From Picochlorum sp. SENEW3 (lineage: Eukaryota), in contig CP120460.1 in the NCBI GenBank assembly GCA_034226945.1, positions 620,001 through 684,000 of the forward strand: a stretch of 64,000 nucleotides of DNA, given 5' to 3'. Positions within the stretch are counted from its first letter, which is position 1, and each line of letters begins with the position of its first letter. The position numbers and the translations under genes are program-made. Below, piece by piece: positions 35,106 through 46,713 of this stretch. The notes beneath the pieces are model-generated. The model had not been told where the DNA came from. It made no database searches and worked only from the letters and a program-made list of their open reading frames with translations.

Positions 35106-35603
35106 TCATGGTGCGGCAGCCAAATACATGATCAAGCCACCAGCCAAGCTCACATTCTTGTAAAAATGAACCATTCCTTCATGATCATCCTCATGAGCAG
35201 GATGCATGATCAATGTCACAGCTGCCACAAATACCAGCAACATTCTCGCCCCAAGTGCTCGATTCATGATGAGCAGGATACTCCCAACAAGCTCTAGCAG
35301 TATAGCAACCACCATCAGAGCAGGGTACCACGCCTTCTCCAGAGGAATCGGCAGACCCATTGCATTCATATGAAGAAGAAATGCATCCATTCGAGAACCC
35401 ATCTCCGTCCCCTCCCAGACAAGACGCTTTCCTCCCGTAGCAACATCATAATGAGCAATTTTGTTCAATGCAGCGCCCAGAAAGACTGAGCAAAACAGCA
35501 CTCTACCCACAATGTGGGCTACATTTCTATTTGAAGTATCCATATCATGCATCGTATCTGTGTCTGAGGTCATATGTGTATACAGCCGTCTCTCTCCCAT
35601 CAT
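35106..35603 (-). CDS. HR-like lesion-inducing / DoxX-family membrane protein
   Basis: GRVLFCSVFLGAALNKI, ELVGSILL, HFYKNVSLAGGL. Confidence 0.78.
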   Translation of the reverse strand: MMGERRLYTHMTSDTDTMHDMDTSNRNVAHIVGRVLFCSVFLGAALNKIAHYDVATGGKRLVWEGTEMGSRMDAFLLHMNAMGLPIPLEKAWYPALMVVAILLELVGSILLIMNRALGARMLLVFVAAVTLIMHPAHEDDHEGMVHFYKNVSLAGGLIMYLAAAP

Positions 35604-36109
35604 TGCCGGTGAGTCGCGCCCTCAGAACCCGTTGGTCTGACCACGGTCCTTCCATGACCTTGGCTTGTGTGTTCAGACCTTGGCATTCTATTCTACTTGT
35701 TGAGATTATTATTGATATATCAAAATTATATTCACGGTGTCTCACATAGAGGCGGATCAACTAGCGATATTTGGCATTTGGTAGGATAGATCTCTGCTCA
35801 CTGTCAATCCAAGATTGTCGGTCTAGGACCATTTACATCTCTTTTGGTGATTTAGTATTTCATAAATATCACTATGAAGACTCCCTCGCCGATGAAATCG
35901 GTCATGGTGCGTGTGTCATGGTCTCATCGAAACGGTTGACGGGTCGTTGTCCGGAAACCTTGTTCTGATTGGTATGATAGTAGCCATGGATGTGACATAA
36001 TGGTTTGTATCTGGTACAGGGGCTTTTTCGGTCCAGGAGGAAAAAGGTGGCTGCTGAGGAGGAGACGCACTCGTCTCTGAAGAAGAGTGTTGTGGATGAT
36101 GATGTTGCC

Positions 36110-39082
36110 ATGGGAGCTTGCGATGCGATGCACCACGGCGATGAGGAAGAAATCCATGAGACAAGAGACGTACATCATCATGCCGATCAGCAACAAGAAG
36201 AGGAGGACGGGGAGGAATCGAACAGACATGAAGAAGAAGAAGAAACAGATGCATGGTATGGATATACACGGCGGACTCGTCCACCGCATGTCACTACCGA
36301 TCAGAGTGCTCTTGAGCCAATATATTGTGTTGATGAGCATGAAATAGAAGAATATATTGTGGAGTGTTTGGATACGGTTCTTTCTGATGAAGGGAGAAAG
36401 CATGAGAATTGGAGAGAGAGGGTGGATGCCATGGTGACATTGGAGCGACTTGTCAAGGGAGGTGCAGGTGATGTGCCGTTGTTTATGACTGAGATGAATG
36501 CGTCGCATCATATTTTGGAGTGTCAGATAATGGATAGGAGATCGTCGGTGTCCAAGCAGGCGAGTGGGCTGGTGGGTGTGTTGATGGAGTACTGTGGATA
36601 TAATGCCAGGTCTTTGGCTCTGGCGCTGCAGCCGTCGTTGTTGAAGCTTCATGGTGTTACAATTGCGGTGATTGCGCAAGGAGCGCAAGAGTGTTTGGAT
36701 TGCATCTATGAGTATTGCCATGATGGAAGGTTGCTGCCTCACTTGTGCTCTGTGATATGCACAGATAGGCATGGAAAGATTAGGCATGGTGCTGCTGGTC
36801 AATTGTTGCGGGTTATTGAGTGCTGGGAAGATCATTTGGTGGAGCAGTATCAAGTCGATTTGGAGCAAACAATGCTGCGGGCTATGGTGGATGCAAGCAG
36901 TGAGACACGCATGCTTGGGAGATTTGCCTTTGAGGCATATGCGTGCAGGTACCGCCATTGTGCAGAAGGGTTGGCTGAAGGACTGAGAAACAGTCCAAAG
37001 GATCAGAAAATACGTGAAAAGTTGATGGAAATCATTCAGAGCGTTGATAATGCGGTTGGATCTGTCAAGGCAACAGTGACAGTGCTGCCCCATGAGGATG
37101 ACATGGTGACGCCTCAAAAGCCCCCAATCATGACGCATGATGATGGTAAAAGTACCAAGAAGAGAATGACGGCTGGTCCAAAGCGCATTCCTCGGGGAAG
37201 ATCTCAGAATGGATATGAGAACAATGGTGCAGAGGTGCCTGATGCACCAAAATCTGCATTTCTGGACAAGAGACGTGCCAGAAAATCTTTACCTGGTGGA
37301 GCAGTGCGGGTTGCAAGTCAGTCAAGACCGAAAGCATCTTCTCACAGTGAGAAATCATCCATCTCGTCTCAGCAGAGTGTGCCTGATATGTCTTCAATGG
37401 ATTTTGCTGCAGTCTTGCGTCACCTGCTCTCATCAGGACTCGTATGGAATGAAAAGATTGCTTGCCTACAGCAGCTGGAAATGGTTTTACAGTCTCATGA
37501 TGACAACCCCAGTTTTTCAAGTGATCTGTTTGACATGTTTAACGATGTCATCATTGGTGAGATTGGCGACGCACACTACAAGGTGGCATCTCAAGCAATG
37601 GAGACACTGTGTGCAGCCATGAGAAACCCTCAGTCTGGATATTACCTGTCCCACTACCTCGAAAGCCTGATACCTGCCTTGTTTCTGAGGATTTCTGATT
37701 CCAAAGAGATTGTGAGAAGCCATGCATCTGAGGCACTTGGTATCATCAAGGATAAGAATGACCCAGATGCAGTCATGCAAGGCTTGGTGGGGGCGACCAG
37801 AGCATGCAAATCTGTCAAGGCGCAATGTGCCATCATGGTGTACTTTGAGGAAGTATTTGCCACGTACAAGGGAAGCTCTGGAAATTCATGGAGGACCATG
37901 CTGGCCTTTTGTCTTCGAATGGCGACAAATAAGAACCCAGAAGTGCGAGAGCATGCTGTGGCTGCATGTGCCAGAGTGTACTACTCTGGGAAAGTTGCAG
38001 CTGTAGAGGCTGCTCTATCTGGACTACCAACGTCCCCTCGCGCGTCAGTACGAAAGGCAATAGAGACTTGCGCACGGCCTACAGAAACCGCCTCATCATT
38101 GAGTGAAGCAATTGCATGCCCTGATGAGGAAGATTCTTCTGCTCAGAGTGGGGAATCCCAGACGTCAATCTCCATGATGAAAGATGAAGCAGATGGTATC
38201 CCAGTCACGGATATAAGCCCGGTGAATAGTGATGCTGAGGATGCGTTGGAAGATCTTGACGTGTCCTCACGTCCCTCAGCATCGGAGGACATCCAGGACG
38301 CTGGAGCATTGCGCATTGCACAGCTGCAAGAGTTGGCAGCGACATTGTCTGATACTCCATCAGAAGAGGCATTCAGATGTTTAAGTGAAATCGATTCTGC
38401 ACTGCTTGCCTTGGTTCCCGTGGACGACCACAACCGATTGGGAGATGCAGTCTGGTCTGGGTTTTTAAAGGTGATCCGTGCAGAAAAGATTGATGAAGAC
38501 CTGGCATGTGCTGCATGCAGCACCATCATCTCATACTTCAATCTGATTCCAAAGGAAAGAATAGAGGAGAACATCGATAATGTTATTGAAATCCTTCTCA
38601 GGTTGAATGCTGCACCCAACTATGAGTTGTCGTCGGTAGCAACTGGAGCTGGCATACAACTTGTCAAGGCTGCTGATCCTGCAGATGCGTACAGCACGCT
38701 CGCGCCACTCCTTCCAGATGCTGATAAAATGCCACCATTCCAAGGTGACGATGCTCGATACGCATGCTGCGTTTTGAAGTTCTTCAGACCATGCTTGAGG
38801 AAAATTTCTGCTCCCCAGCTACGCGCAGCACTGGACATGTCCATGCCGTCTCTATGCCGCTGCTTTGAATCTCCACACCCAGAGATTCGACACTTGAGTC
38901 TGGATTGCATTGTATCAATTCAACAGGTATGTTATCGCATTGTTTTGAATGATGATGGGTGTGTCGCCTAACGTATATGTGATGTTGTGCAGTGTGTAGG
39001 AAGGGATGCAACAAGTGACTTTACCCAATCAATGACCAAAACTCAGCAGAAACTTATTGAAATACAATGCCAGAAAAGTTAG
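36110..39082 (+). CDS. CLASP: CLASP (CLIP-associating protein; TOG/HEAT repeats); intron 38927-38992; start uncertain
   Basis: WRERVDAM, DRRSSVSKQA, VTIAVIA, DASSETR, DAHYKV, and C-terminal SPHPEIR...TQQKLIEI. Confidence 0.85.
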
Positions 39083-39157
39083 TAAGATGTGATTACAATA
39101 CATTATTATAGCGTCCGTTTTCTTTTACTCTATCGTGTGTAACAACAATCTTTGAAA

Positions 39158-40456
39158 CTAACTGAACAATATATCTGACCGAGCCAGCAATACATCCCGA
39201 AGGGATTGTGCAACTTGGATGGCATCCTCTTGGGACACGTGCTCTTTCTCAAAACACACGAATAATTCTGCTTTTGAACTAGCAAATCCTACAAACAGTG
39301 TTGGGCCCGAGTCCTCAAGACGAAACGCCTGCAGCGGCCCTTGTGGAGACTCCCCATCAAGTGCAAACATGCCAGCCCTCATCTGGCCATAGCGAACCAG
39401 GGCATCCTCTACAGAAAGGTGCGAGGGAACAGTCTCACCACCACTCCATACATATTGGAACAACGTGCTACTCTTGAAGATGAAATGATATTCTACATGC
39501 CGCACACTATCTGGCAAGAACTGTTCCAAGCGACATGCATGATGATCTATATGGCTGTTCCATGCATCCTCCACCCCTCGAAAGCCCTCTTGAAACAGTT
39601 GCACATCGGATGTAGGCTGATCAGAAAGAAAAACTACGAAAGATTCGCTCTCGTTATCAAGGTATCGAATGTAGGCGAAAAAGTTGCCATTCTCATCAAA
39701 AAAAGGCAGGCACAGGCTAGTCATGGTCTCTGATACTCTCAGAGACACATTACTCTTCACAAAGTTGAGCAACAACAAAATGTCCCAATGTATTAGTCGA
39801 GATTTAGATCCCTCTAATCCAACATGAGACACAACCATGTTGTCATGGACCAAGATCCCGAAAGATGCACCTGTATTTTCAATGGCCACACGCATGGCTT
39901 CTGACATGTCTCTCCTCACCCGTGGTTCCATTGCCATACTCAGGTACGCCCCCAGCATGGCTCCTGGGGTTTTGCTGAACGAATCAAAAAGATTTTGTAG
40001 AATATGCTCAGATCCAGCCACGAGTTTCCGCACATCATATCCAGGATGCTTGTCAAAGATGGATGCCAACGCTTTTGCAGTAAGAAGAGAAACTATTTGA
40101 GCATGCAGCAGTACTAGCTGCATTCGAAGCACCAAGACTGGTTCTTTCAAATGCGATACAGCCACTAATGTCAACGGATTCTTGTCTAAAAAGCATAATG
40201 TGCACCCTCGAGACCTGCACATGAATGTATAACCTCAGTTTCATCAACCAGGTAGCACACTCCCTATAGATACGTACTTGAGAGATCGTAGCGTCCCTGT
40301 ACATGCCTGGGACACAGATACTAGAGCTTGAGCAGTCGCCATCACATCGGCAATGGATTCTTCGTTGACCCCAGTACAAAACACTGGCTTCCCTGCTGCA
40401 CTACAAACGAAAGCCAGTTTGCGAATCTTTCGCAACGACTCTGCCAGAGAATCCAT
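39158..40456 (-). CDS. MON1: Vacuolar fusion protein Mon1/SAND; intron 40277-40215
   Basis: FVCSAAGKPVF, LHAQIVSLLT, YDVRKL, DILLLLNFV, LCLPFFDENGNFFAYI. Confidence 0.88.
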
Positions 40457-40799
40457 GTCGTAAATTAATAAATATTTTCCAACTAGTTGTCCAATACAGG
40501 GCTATCAAGAACAATTCCTTCAAGGTTAAGCTCAGCTGACTCAAATCTCCAAACTTTCAAACCCGCCATATTTGAATGGTCTATGCGCAACACCCAGGAT
40601 TTACACCATGAAAATGTGATTTCAATACATCAGATATCTGCAGCCATGGATCGATCAATCTATGCGCAAGAAACAAGAATTGCAGTATTTTATTTATTAG
40701 GGAAACAAGGGTGACATGTGCCACAATAGATTCCATGGATTGGACTTTATTGCATTTTATATACTTTAAAGCACTTATAAGAGTAGAATTTGTGATACA

Positions 40800-41750
40800 A
40801 TGAGGGTTCACGTGGTAAAATGGGTCGTGGGTACCCAAGCAGTCCAGGCTACTCGCAGGTTGAGCTCGACCTATGCGACGAATACCCCGTGCATTGCATC
40901 AAACTATATTAAAAATAAAATTTTTCATCAGATGGTGCAGAATACGCATGGCCTGATCGCAAAGGCTTCTCCATCTTCCAACGAAGAGGATTCCATGTCT
41001 TCTCTGAGTGAAACGGCTGCTCTAGATGAACTGATAGATTCATTGTTGAGTGCGAAAGATACCCATGAGCTTAGTACACGAGTGGCTGAGAATGCGCTTA
41101 GTTTTGATCAGAAGTTTTGGTTGAGGTTGGCAGCTCGAGCTGACACCACAGAGGATGAGGAGGTCAAGGAGCAACTCAAAAGTCTGGCAACAATTGTCAT
41201 GCAAGTTGTGGATGCCATGGTTCAGAAGACTGATGAAAAGCTTAGTGGATCATCTGAAGTCTTGGAACAGATTTTGATCGCTGCGGCTGATGAAGATACA
41301 GGGGAGTGGCAAGTCCCTCTTCCACCAGAAAAGGTGTCTGTGATGAGAGAGGTGATGAAAGCCCAAGCAGATCAGATTGACGAAGCTGTCTTATCAAGCT
41401 GCTTTGCATGGATTAAAAAAGCTTCTGATGATAAGCTTGATGGGATGGTGTACATTCTGCAGACTGTTTTACAACTCTATGCGTCATTGGCCCTGGCAGG
41501 TGATGTGTCCCAGGATGATAGCAGTGAGTTGGCCAAGGTACTACAAGCACAGGAGAGCGATTGGGAAAAGCTCATCATTGATATGGCGAACGAGGGGAAA
41601 ATAAGTGAGGAGTCGTTCATGGAAGAACTGCAGCGAAAGATGGAAACAGTTGTTTTGTCTCTCTCCAGTGGATCCTATGCACAGAGAATTCAGGCCGAGT
41701 ACCTGCAGGAACTGCAATCAAGAGCGAAGAATGTTTTTGATAAATTATAA
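40800..41750 (+). CDS. PRDA1: Plastid protein resembling PEP-RELATED DEVELOPMENT ARRESTED 1
   Basis: LDELIDSL, VAENALSFDQKFWLRLAARAD, LQTVLQLY and GSYAQRIQAEYL, matched to the plant family from memory. Confidence 0.65.
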   Translation: MRVHVVKWVVGTQAVQATRRLSSTYATNTPCIASNYIKNKIFHQMVQNTHGLIAKASPSSNEEDSMSSLSETAALDELIDSLLSAKDTHELSTRVAENALSFDQKFWLRLAARADTTEDEEVKEQLKSLATIVMQVVDAMVQKTDEKLSGSSEVLEQILIAAADEDTGEWQVPLPPEKVSVMREVMKAQADQIDEAVLSSCFAWIKKASDDKLDGMVYILQTVLQLYASLALAGDVSQDDSSELAKVLQAQESDWEKLIIDMANEGKISEESFMEELQRKMETVVLSLSSGSYAQRIQAEYLQELQSRAKNVFDKL

Positions 41751-41758
41751 TTATATAT

Positions 41759-43348
41759 CTATGAATCTTCTAATACAGCATACATGTTATCGTGACCTTC
41801 TGGCAGGGCATCTTCCTGAAAATCAAAATCAGAGTCGCTATCATCATCCATTTCCATATCATCTGCACTCTGCTTCTTCCTCTTCGATGCAGACTTTGCC
41901 TTGTGAGGATTGTACTGTCCGATATTATTGTACAATTTATCCGTTTGATTTGTCTGCTGCTGCCCTCTACCTTTCTCCTCGTCTTCCACCATCATGGCAT
42001 CATTATCTTCCAAGTCAACATGGACCTCACCAGCAGTCTCTGTCTCAAAATATTCATCGTCCATGCCAGTCTCTTCTAGCGCGTCAATTACTTGTGCCTT
42101 TTCGTTCTCAAGGCTGGATAAATCAAAGTCTGAACTATACGAGCTTACAACAGTAGCAGACCCTTTCACCTCTGTGTCCCTCTTTGGCGGTGCTGTGTAA
42201 TATGGGATCTTGCCTTCATTCCAGTCTTGTAAAATAATTTTTGCAGCTGCTGCTTTATCCACAGTTCCTCCCCGTTTAAGTTTCCCTCGTACTGTGGCCA
42301 CCTGCTCCAAGAAATCATCAACATGTTCATATTCTGGAATCCTGTAGAGCGTCATCAATTGCTTTGGTGGACAGCGTCGTAAGATTTCAGATATTGGGAG
42401 TGCAGGATCATCCAGATTTTCTACCTTGACACAGTTTCGTAGCGCAGCTGCAAGCTGTCCGTCGCTACCAACATTGGAGAAGACAACTCCAGGAGAGTCC
42501 AAAAGGGTCACTTTTCTATCCAAGCTCACCTCTTGAATATTCTTTGTCACTCCAGGTTGATTTCCCACCTTGGCGACTTTTGAACGTTTCAACGAATTGA
42601 TTATTGAAGATTTTCCTACATTCGGCAGACCGACAATACCGACTGTAATCGCGGTTTTCAGCCCCCCTTGGCCCCTGGCATAGTTCTTCAACAGCTGTAT
42701 CACGATATCAGCCCCCAGACACTCTGAACCCTGATGCATCGTTTGACCCGCAGCTTTTCGGCCAAGATTCCGAGATTGCTTTTGTGTACTACTCTTAAAC
42801 GCCACAGTGGGCAATTCTTCTCTCAAATATCCCAACCAGCCTTCCACAATGCGCTTTGGAACCAAATCAATCTTGTTCAACAGCAGCACAACCCTCTTGC
42901 TGGGATCCATCTTCCTCACAAACTTCTCCACGTCTTTACACCGGGTACCTATAGGATCTCTCGCATCAAGCACTTCGATAATGACATCAGAAGCTTCCAC
43001 AACCTTGGCAAAGTCCTTGTAAAATGCCTTGACAGAGTAATCCACATAGTCTTGCTCCTCAAAACCCACATCCTCCTCCATATCTTCCTTCGCTGCCTCC
43101 ACTCGCTCCCTCATTTCCTTCATCCGAAGTTTCGCTCGCTCCTTGGAAGCCTGGAGCCCTTGTAACAGTTCTTCTTTGAACGGCCATGCATTGGGAATGC
43201 CAGGATCCTTTGGCTCTTTTCTCAGCGTCCCATTCTTCTTTGCCTGCTTCCTGAGCTTTTTATGGTGTTCTTTAACCTTTTTAACAACCTTATATTTGTG
43301 CTTTAGCGTCTCACGACGACTCTTGGACTTTTTCGATTTCTTCGGCAT
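41759..43348 (-). CDS. NSN1: Nucleolar circularly permuted GTPase (nucleostemin/GNL3/Nug1)
   Basis: KDPGIPNAWPFKE, EVLDARDP, NKIDL, GLPNVGKSS, DSPG. Confidence 0.93.
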   Translation of the reverse strand: MPKKSKKSKSRRETLKHKYKVVKKVKEHHKKLRKQAKKNGTLRKEPKDPGIPNAWPFKEELLQGLQASKERAKLRMKEMRERVEAAKEDMEEDVGFEEQDYVDYSVKAFYKDFAKVVEASDVIIEVLDARDPIGTRCKDVEKFVRKMDPSKRVVLLLNKIDLVPKRIVEGWLGYLREELPTVAFKSSTQKQSRNLGRKAAGQTMHQGSECLGADIVIQLLKNYARGQGGLKTAITVGIVGLPNVGKSSIINSLKRSKVAKVGNQPGVTKNIQEVSLDRKVTLLDSPGVVFSNVGSDGQLAAALRNCVKVENLDDPALPISEILRRCPPKQLMTLYRIPEYEHVDDFLEQVATVRGKLKRGGTVDKAAAAKIILQDWNEGKIPYYTAPPKRDTEVKGSATVVSSYSSDFDLSSLENEKAQVIDALEETGMDDEYFETETAGEVHVDLEDNDAMMVEDEEKGRGQQQTNQTDKLYNNIGQYNPHKAKSASKRKKQSADDMEMDDDSDSDFDFQEDALPEGHDNMYAVLEDS

Positions 43349-43601
43349 GCTTCCCAGACGTGTCGCCTCCTATCGTATACTATCGAGAATATTATGGGAT
43401 CTTTTACTTCTATTTCAATTAAATACCATACAACTGGCATTAAGCCATCTAGATATCTATCGTCTGCGAACAATCCACATCAGAATGATGAAAGCGGTGG
43501 GCTTTCCAAGAGAACAAGAGTAGGCCTCATCATCTTGTTGATATGATGTATTGCTATACAACAGCGTGACAACAGATATTCCCCATATTACATCACATAC
43601 A

Positions 43602-44246
43602 TCACAACACCTTTTTTCTCTTGAAAAACTTTCTCAGTGTCCACACTTGGAACACTGCCAACCCCACACACGTGAACAAAGCCCCAATACTAAGAAATGC
43701 AACCAACGAATTCGTCTTCTCATTGACATCCCGCATCTCCTCCTCTTTACGACGAATATGCTGCAACTCATAATGCATCACATGCGCAGCCTCCTCCAAC
43801 CTCAACAATTCCGTGTGCACCGCATCCATCTTGTCCCGTTTCGCCACACTCTCCCAATCAGTCGAATCAACCCCCTCTTCCCACACAAAATTAATCCTGG
43901 TATTCTGCGCAGTGTGATAATTCTTTGCTGTAAAGCAAATCTTATATCTACCTTCCTGGAAATTAGACATCGTTGTTTCTAGATGATCCACATCAACCTT
44001 GCTAAACCGCTCCTCCCCAGCCTCATCCATCACCCGAACAGTCAATGGAACCTTTGAATCGCGGGAAGAGTGCTGGAATGCATCAAACTTTAAGAGCACA
44101 TTTGACTCAAAGATGATTTCCTCATACACACATTTCGTCTGAAAGACAAGATCAAACTCAATCCCCTCCACTGGCCTAGTTACTGCCATAGTCACCACCG
44201 CCAGCAACAAGCACACTATCGCCCGATTACTGACCATATTCTTCAT
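43602..44246 (-). CDS. p24/emp24/gp25L GOLD-domain cargo receptor (delta/TMED10-like)
   Basis: Signal peptide, YKICF, EEEMRDVNEKTN, TM segment and tail FFKRKKVL. Confidence 0.92.
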   Translation of the reverse strand: MKNMVSNRAIVCLLLAVVTMAVTRPVEGIEFDLVFQTKCVYEEIIFESNVLLKFDAFQHSSRDSKVPLTVRVMDEAGEERFSKVDVDHLETTMSNFQEGRYKICFTAKNYHTAQNTRINFVWEEGVDSTDWESVAKRDKMDAVHTELLRLEEAAHVMHYELQHIRRKEEEMRDVNEKTNSLVAFLSIGALFTCVGLAVFQVWTLRKFFKRKKVL

Positions 44247-44428
44247 TTAGTGTTAATAAAAGCTACCAAAAGCTACTACATGAATCAAATCGACGCCAAT
44301 TCTGATGTTTGATTGCGATCGATTGCAGTCGATTGGCAGCCACGGAGCACCACCGTCTGTGTACAGGATGATACGCTCGATGCTGTTATTTACAAGATAA
44401 CATTTGCTATTCTATACCTGAAACAGGA

Positions 44429-46666
44429 ATGCAGGGCCATTGTTTATGGCTACTCGGGGATGGTGGCTCGGTCAAATTTCTTAAATCGATAGATTTGAAT
44501 GGATTTTTTCTGACACAGACCCTGCATTCTTCCACTCTTAGGGAAGGCGTCTCTGCCACATATGGAATGCAACGTACATATTACTCACTCATGAAGGACA
44601 AAAGTCAGTCTGTGGAGCAACAAAAGGCCACAGAAAATGGCAAGGGGGGTTCTGTGGCGGTGTCATTCCGAGTGAATACCCCACATGGTACGGATGCTTC
44701 GGATGGCAGCTTTTCCAGTCTCGGCGTGGTTGGGAATATATCTGAATTGGGTTCATGGAACCTTGGGAATCTGATTCGGCTGAAGAGGTTGGAAGGTAGT
44801 GATTCTGTGTGGGTGTCGGAAACGATACTGCTGCCTGCTGCGTTGCCGTTTCGGTATAGAGTCGTCGCGAATGGGAATAGATCGCATCCAAACAAGCGTC
44901 CTTTACTTTGGGATGTGTTCAGTAGGCATGTGTATACTATTCCTGACGACGGGGTGGTTCAGTGCACGTTTACATTGTCTGGGAAGGATGTTGTGGATTC
45001 GGGTTGGGTTCATGGGTCTGGGGCTGGTGCTTTGCAGTTGCGAGTGGAGAGTCCTCCTGGGAGTACAGAGCCTCTTGTCAAATTGTATCCAGAGTACAAT
45101 CAGGAGCATCGTGTGCGATTGTATGAAGCGAGGGCAAAGGATGCTAGTGTGCCTGGAGGGAAGGAATTTGCGTGTGAGGTGTACAGTCATGTGTCTCTTG
45201 GGGATCAGGAGACTAAGGATTCTGTCATGTATATAATGAATGGGCAGTGTATGGAGGATTTGGAATTTGGTATTGATGTTTTGGATAGTTCAGGGGATGT
45301 GTTTGCTCGAGGATTTGTCCCTGTGGAGAGTATTATAGATTTGGAGGGGGAGTTTGCCGTGTCGTTACTTTCCCTGCGGGACTACAAGTTGGCAGGTATT
45401 TTCAAGGCGACCTATTTGGTCGTGAAGGAACTGTCGCATCCTAAGAATACGTTGTGTAGTATACAAAGAACGCCGTGGACTTCTGGGAAACAGGTGACGT
45501 TGGATATTGGCCATAGAGGGAGCGGGGCGAGTAAAGTTCAGGGTCACTCGGTCAGAGAGAATACGCTGTTGTCGTTTCAAAAGGCGGCGTTGAATCATTC
45601 TGATTTTATTGAATTTGATGTTCACTTGACATCGGATAATGAGGTGGTTGTGCATCATGATTTTGAAGTGACTCTGGGGTTGGGCAAGACTCAGATCAAG
45701 GTTGCGTTACCATTGATTCGGAGCGATCAGGTTCGTAGCAAGGATTTTGCCGAGCGAATGAGTAATCCGTCTGAACATCATAAAGGTGAAGCTATCAAGG
45801 TGGAGAAGAACAAGAGGGAGGCTTCTTTGAAGAGGACGATGACGTCTGGCGAGGACATGTATAGAAATATCTTTTACAAGCCAATGCATTCCATGTCTCC
45901 TGCGTCTCCGAGTGATTTGAGCCACGAGTTGAATCAAATGCGAGTATTTTTATCTGATGACTCGTTTGCATCGCTTCGACAAGCATTTCGGATGACTCCG
46001 ACATGGTTGGGGTTTAATATTGAACTCAAGTATCCAACAGATGAGGAGATTGTTGCCATGGGGACCAGGTTTTATTCCAGAAACTTTTTTGTCGATGCTG
46101 TTCTATCGACTGTTCTGGAAGAGTATGGTCGGAGAAAAGTTATTTTTTCGACATTTGATCCGGCTTGTGCAGAGCTGCTTCGGTTGAAGCAATGCAAGTT
46201 TAATGTCTTCTTCTTGACCTGTGGAGGGACAAAGGTGTTCAAAGATCCCCGTATGAATAGTGTTGAGGCAGCCTTGCAGTTCGCACAAGCCAACAAATTG
46301 CACGGTGTGGTGGCAGAGATTTCTTCAATTGTTGATCGGTTGGATACTGTTGTTCCAATGTTCCATCAGCATGGTTTATATCTGTTCACGTATGGGGACA
46401 TGAACAATAATATTCAGACATATTCAAAACAGAAAGATGCAGGCATTGATGCTATAATTATGGATGATGTTGCTCGCATTGGAAAACAGACGAACAAAAC
46501 ATCAAGCATGTTGTCAAAAAGCATGCGATCGCCATCATCTTTGGTTGAACTTTGCTCAGATCCATCGGTGAGTGAACTCCAGCTCATGGATTTGGATAGA
46601 ATGGCCTCACAGATTAATATTTCAGCATTGTCTCCGATTGGTAGTCCAGATGAATTTTTCACATGA
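44429..46666 (+). CDS. Glycerophosphodiester phosphodiesterase with N-terminal CBM20 (GDE5/GPCPD1-like); start uncertain
   Basis: VVGNISELGSWN (CBM20), IGHRGSG, ENTLLSF, IEFDVHLT, HHD, GFNIELKYP. Confidence 0.9.
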   Translation: MQGHCLWLLGDGGSVKFLKSIDLNGFFLTQTLHSSTLREGVSATYGMQRTYYSLMKDKSQSVEQQKATENGKGGSVAVSFRVNTPHGTDASDGSFSSLGVVGNISELGSWNLGNLIRLKRLEGSDSVWVSETILLPAALPFRYRVVANGNRSHPNKRPLLWDVFSRHVYTIPDDGVVQCTFTLSGKDVVDSGWVHGSGAGALQLRVESPPGSTEPLVKLYPEYNQEHRVRLYEARAKDASVPGGKEFACEVYSHVSLGDQETKDSVMYIMNGQCMEDLEFGIDVLDSSGDVFARGFVPVESIIDLEGEFAVSLLSLRDYKLAGIFKATYLVVKELSHPKNTLCSIQRTPWTSGKQVTLDIGHRGSGASKVQGHSVRENTLLSFQKAALNHSDFIEFDVHLTSDNEVVVHHDFEVTLGLGKTQIKVALPLIRSDQVRSKDFAERMSNPSEHHKGEAIKVEKNKREASLKRTMTSGEDMYRNIFYKPMHSMSPASPSDLSHELNQMRVFLSDDSFASLRQAFRMTPTWLGFNIELKYPTDEEIVAMGTRFYSRNFFVDAVLSTVLEEYGRRKVIFSTFDPACAELLRLKQCKFNVFFLTCGGTKVFKDPRMNSVEAALQFAQANKLHGVVAEISSIVDRLDTVVPMFHQHGLYLFTYGDMNNNIQTYSKQKDAGIDAIIMDDVARIGKQTNKTSSMLSKSMRSPSSLVELCSDPSVSELQLMDLDRMASQINISALSPIGSPDEFFT

Positions 46667-46713
46667 AACATTATTATTATTCATTTGCATGGTCTTGAAT
46701 GAAACAAGCAATG

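Noticed and set aside
35924..37138. 404-aa antisense ORF and similar long shadow ORFs (386-1120, 34203-34913, 56679-57329)
   Set aside because: They lie opposite well-supported genes, show no motifs and are explained by codon bias.
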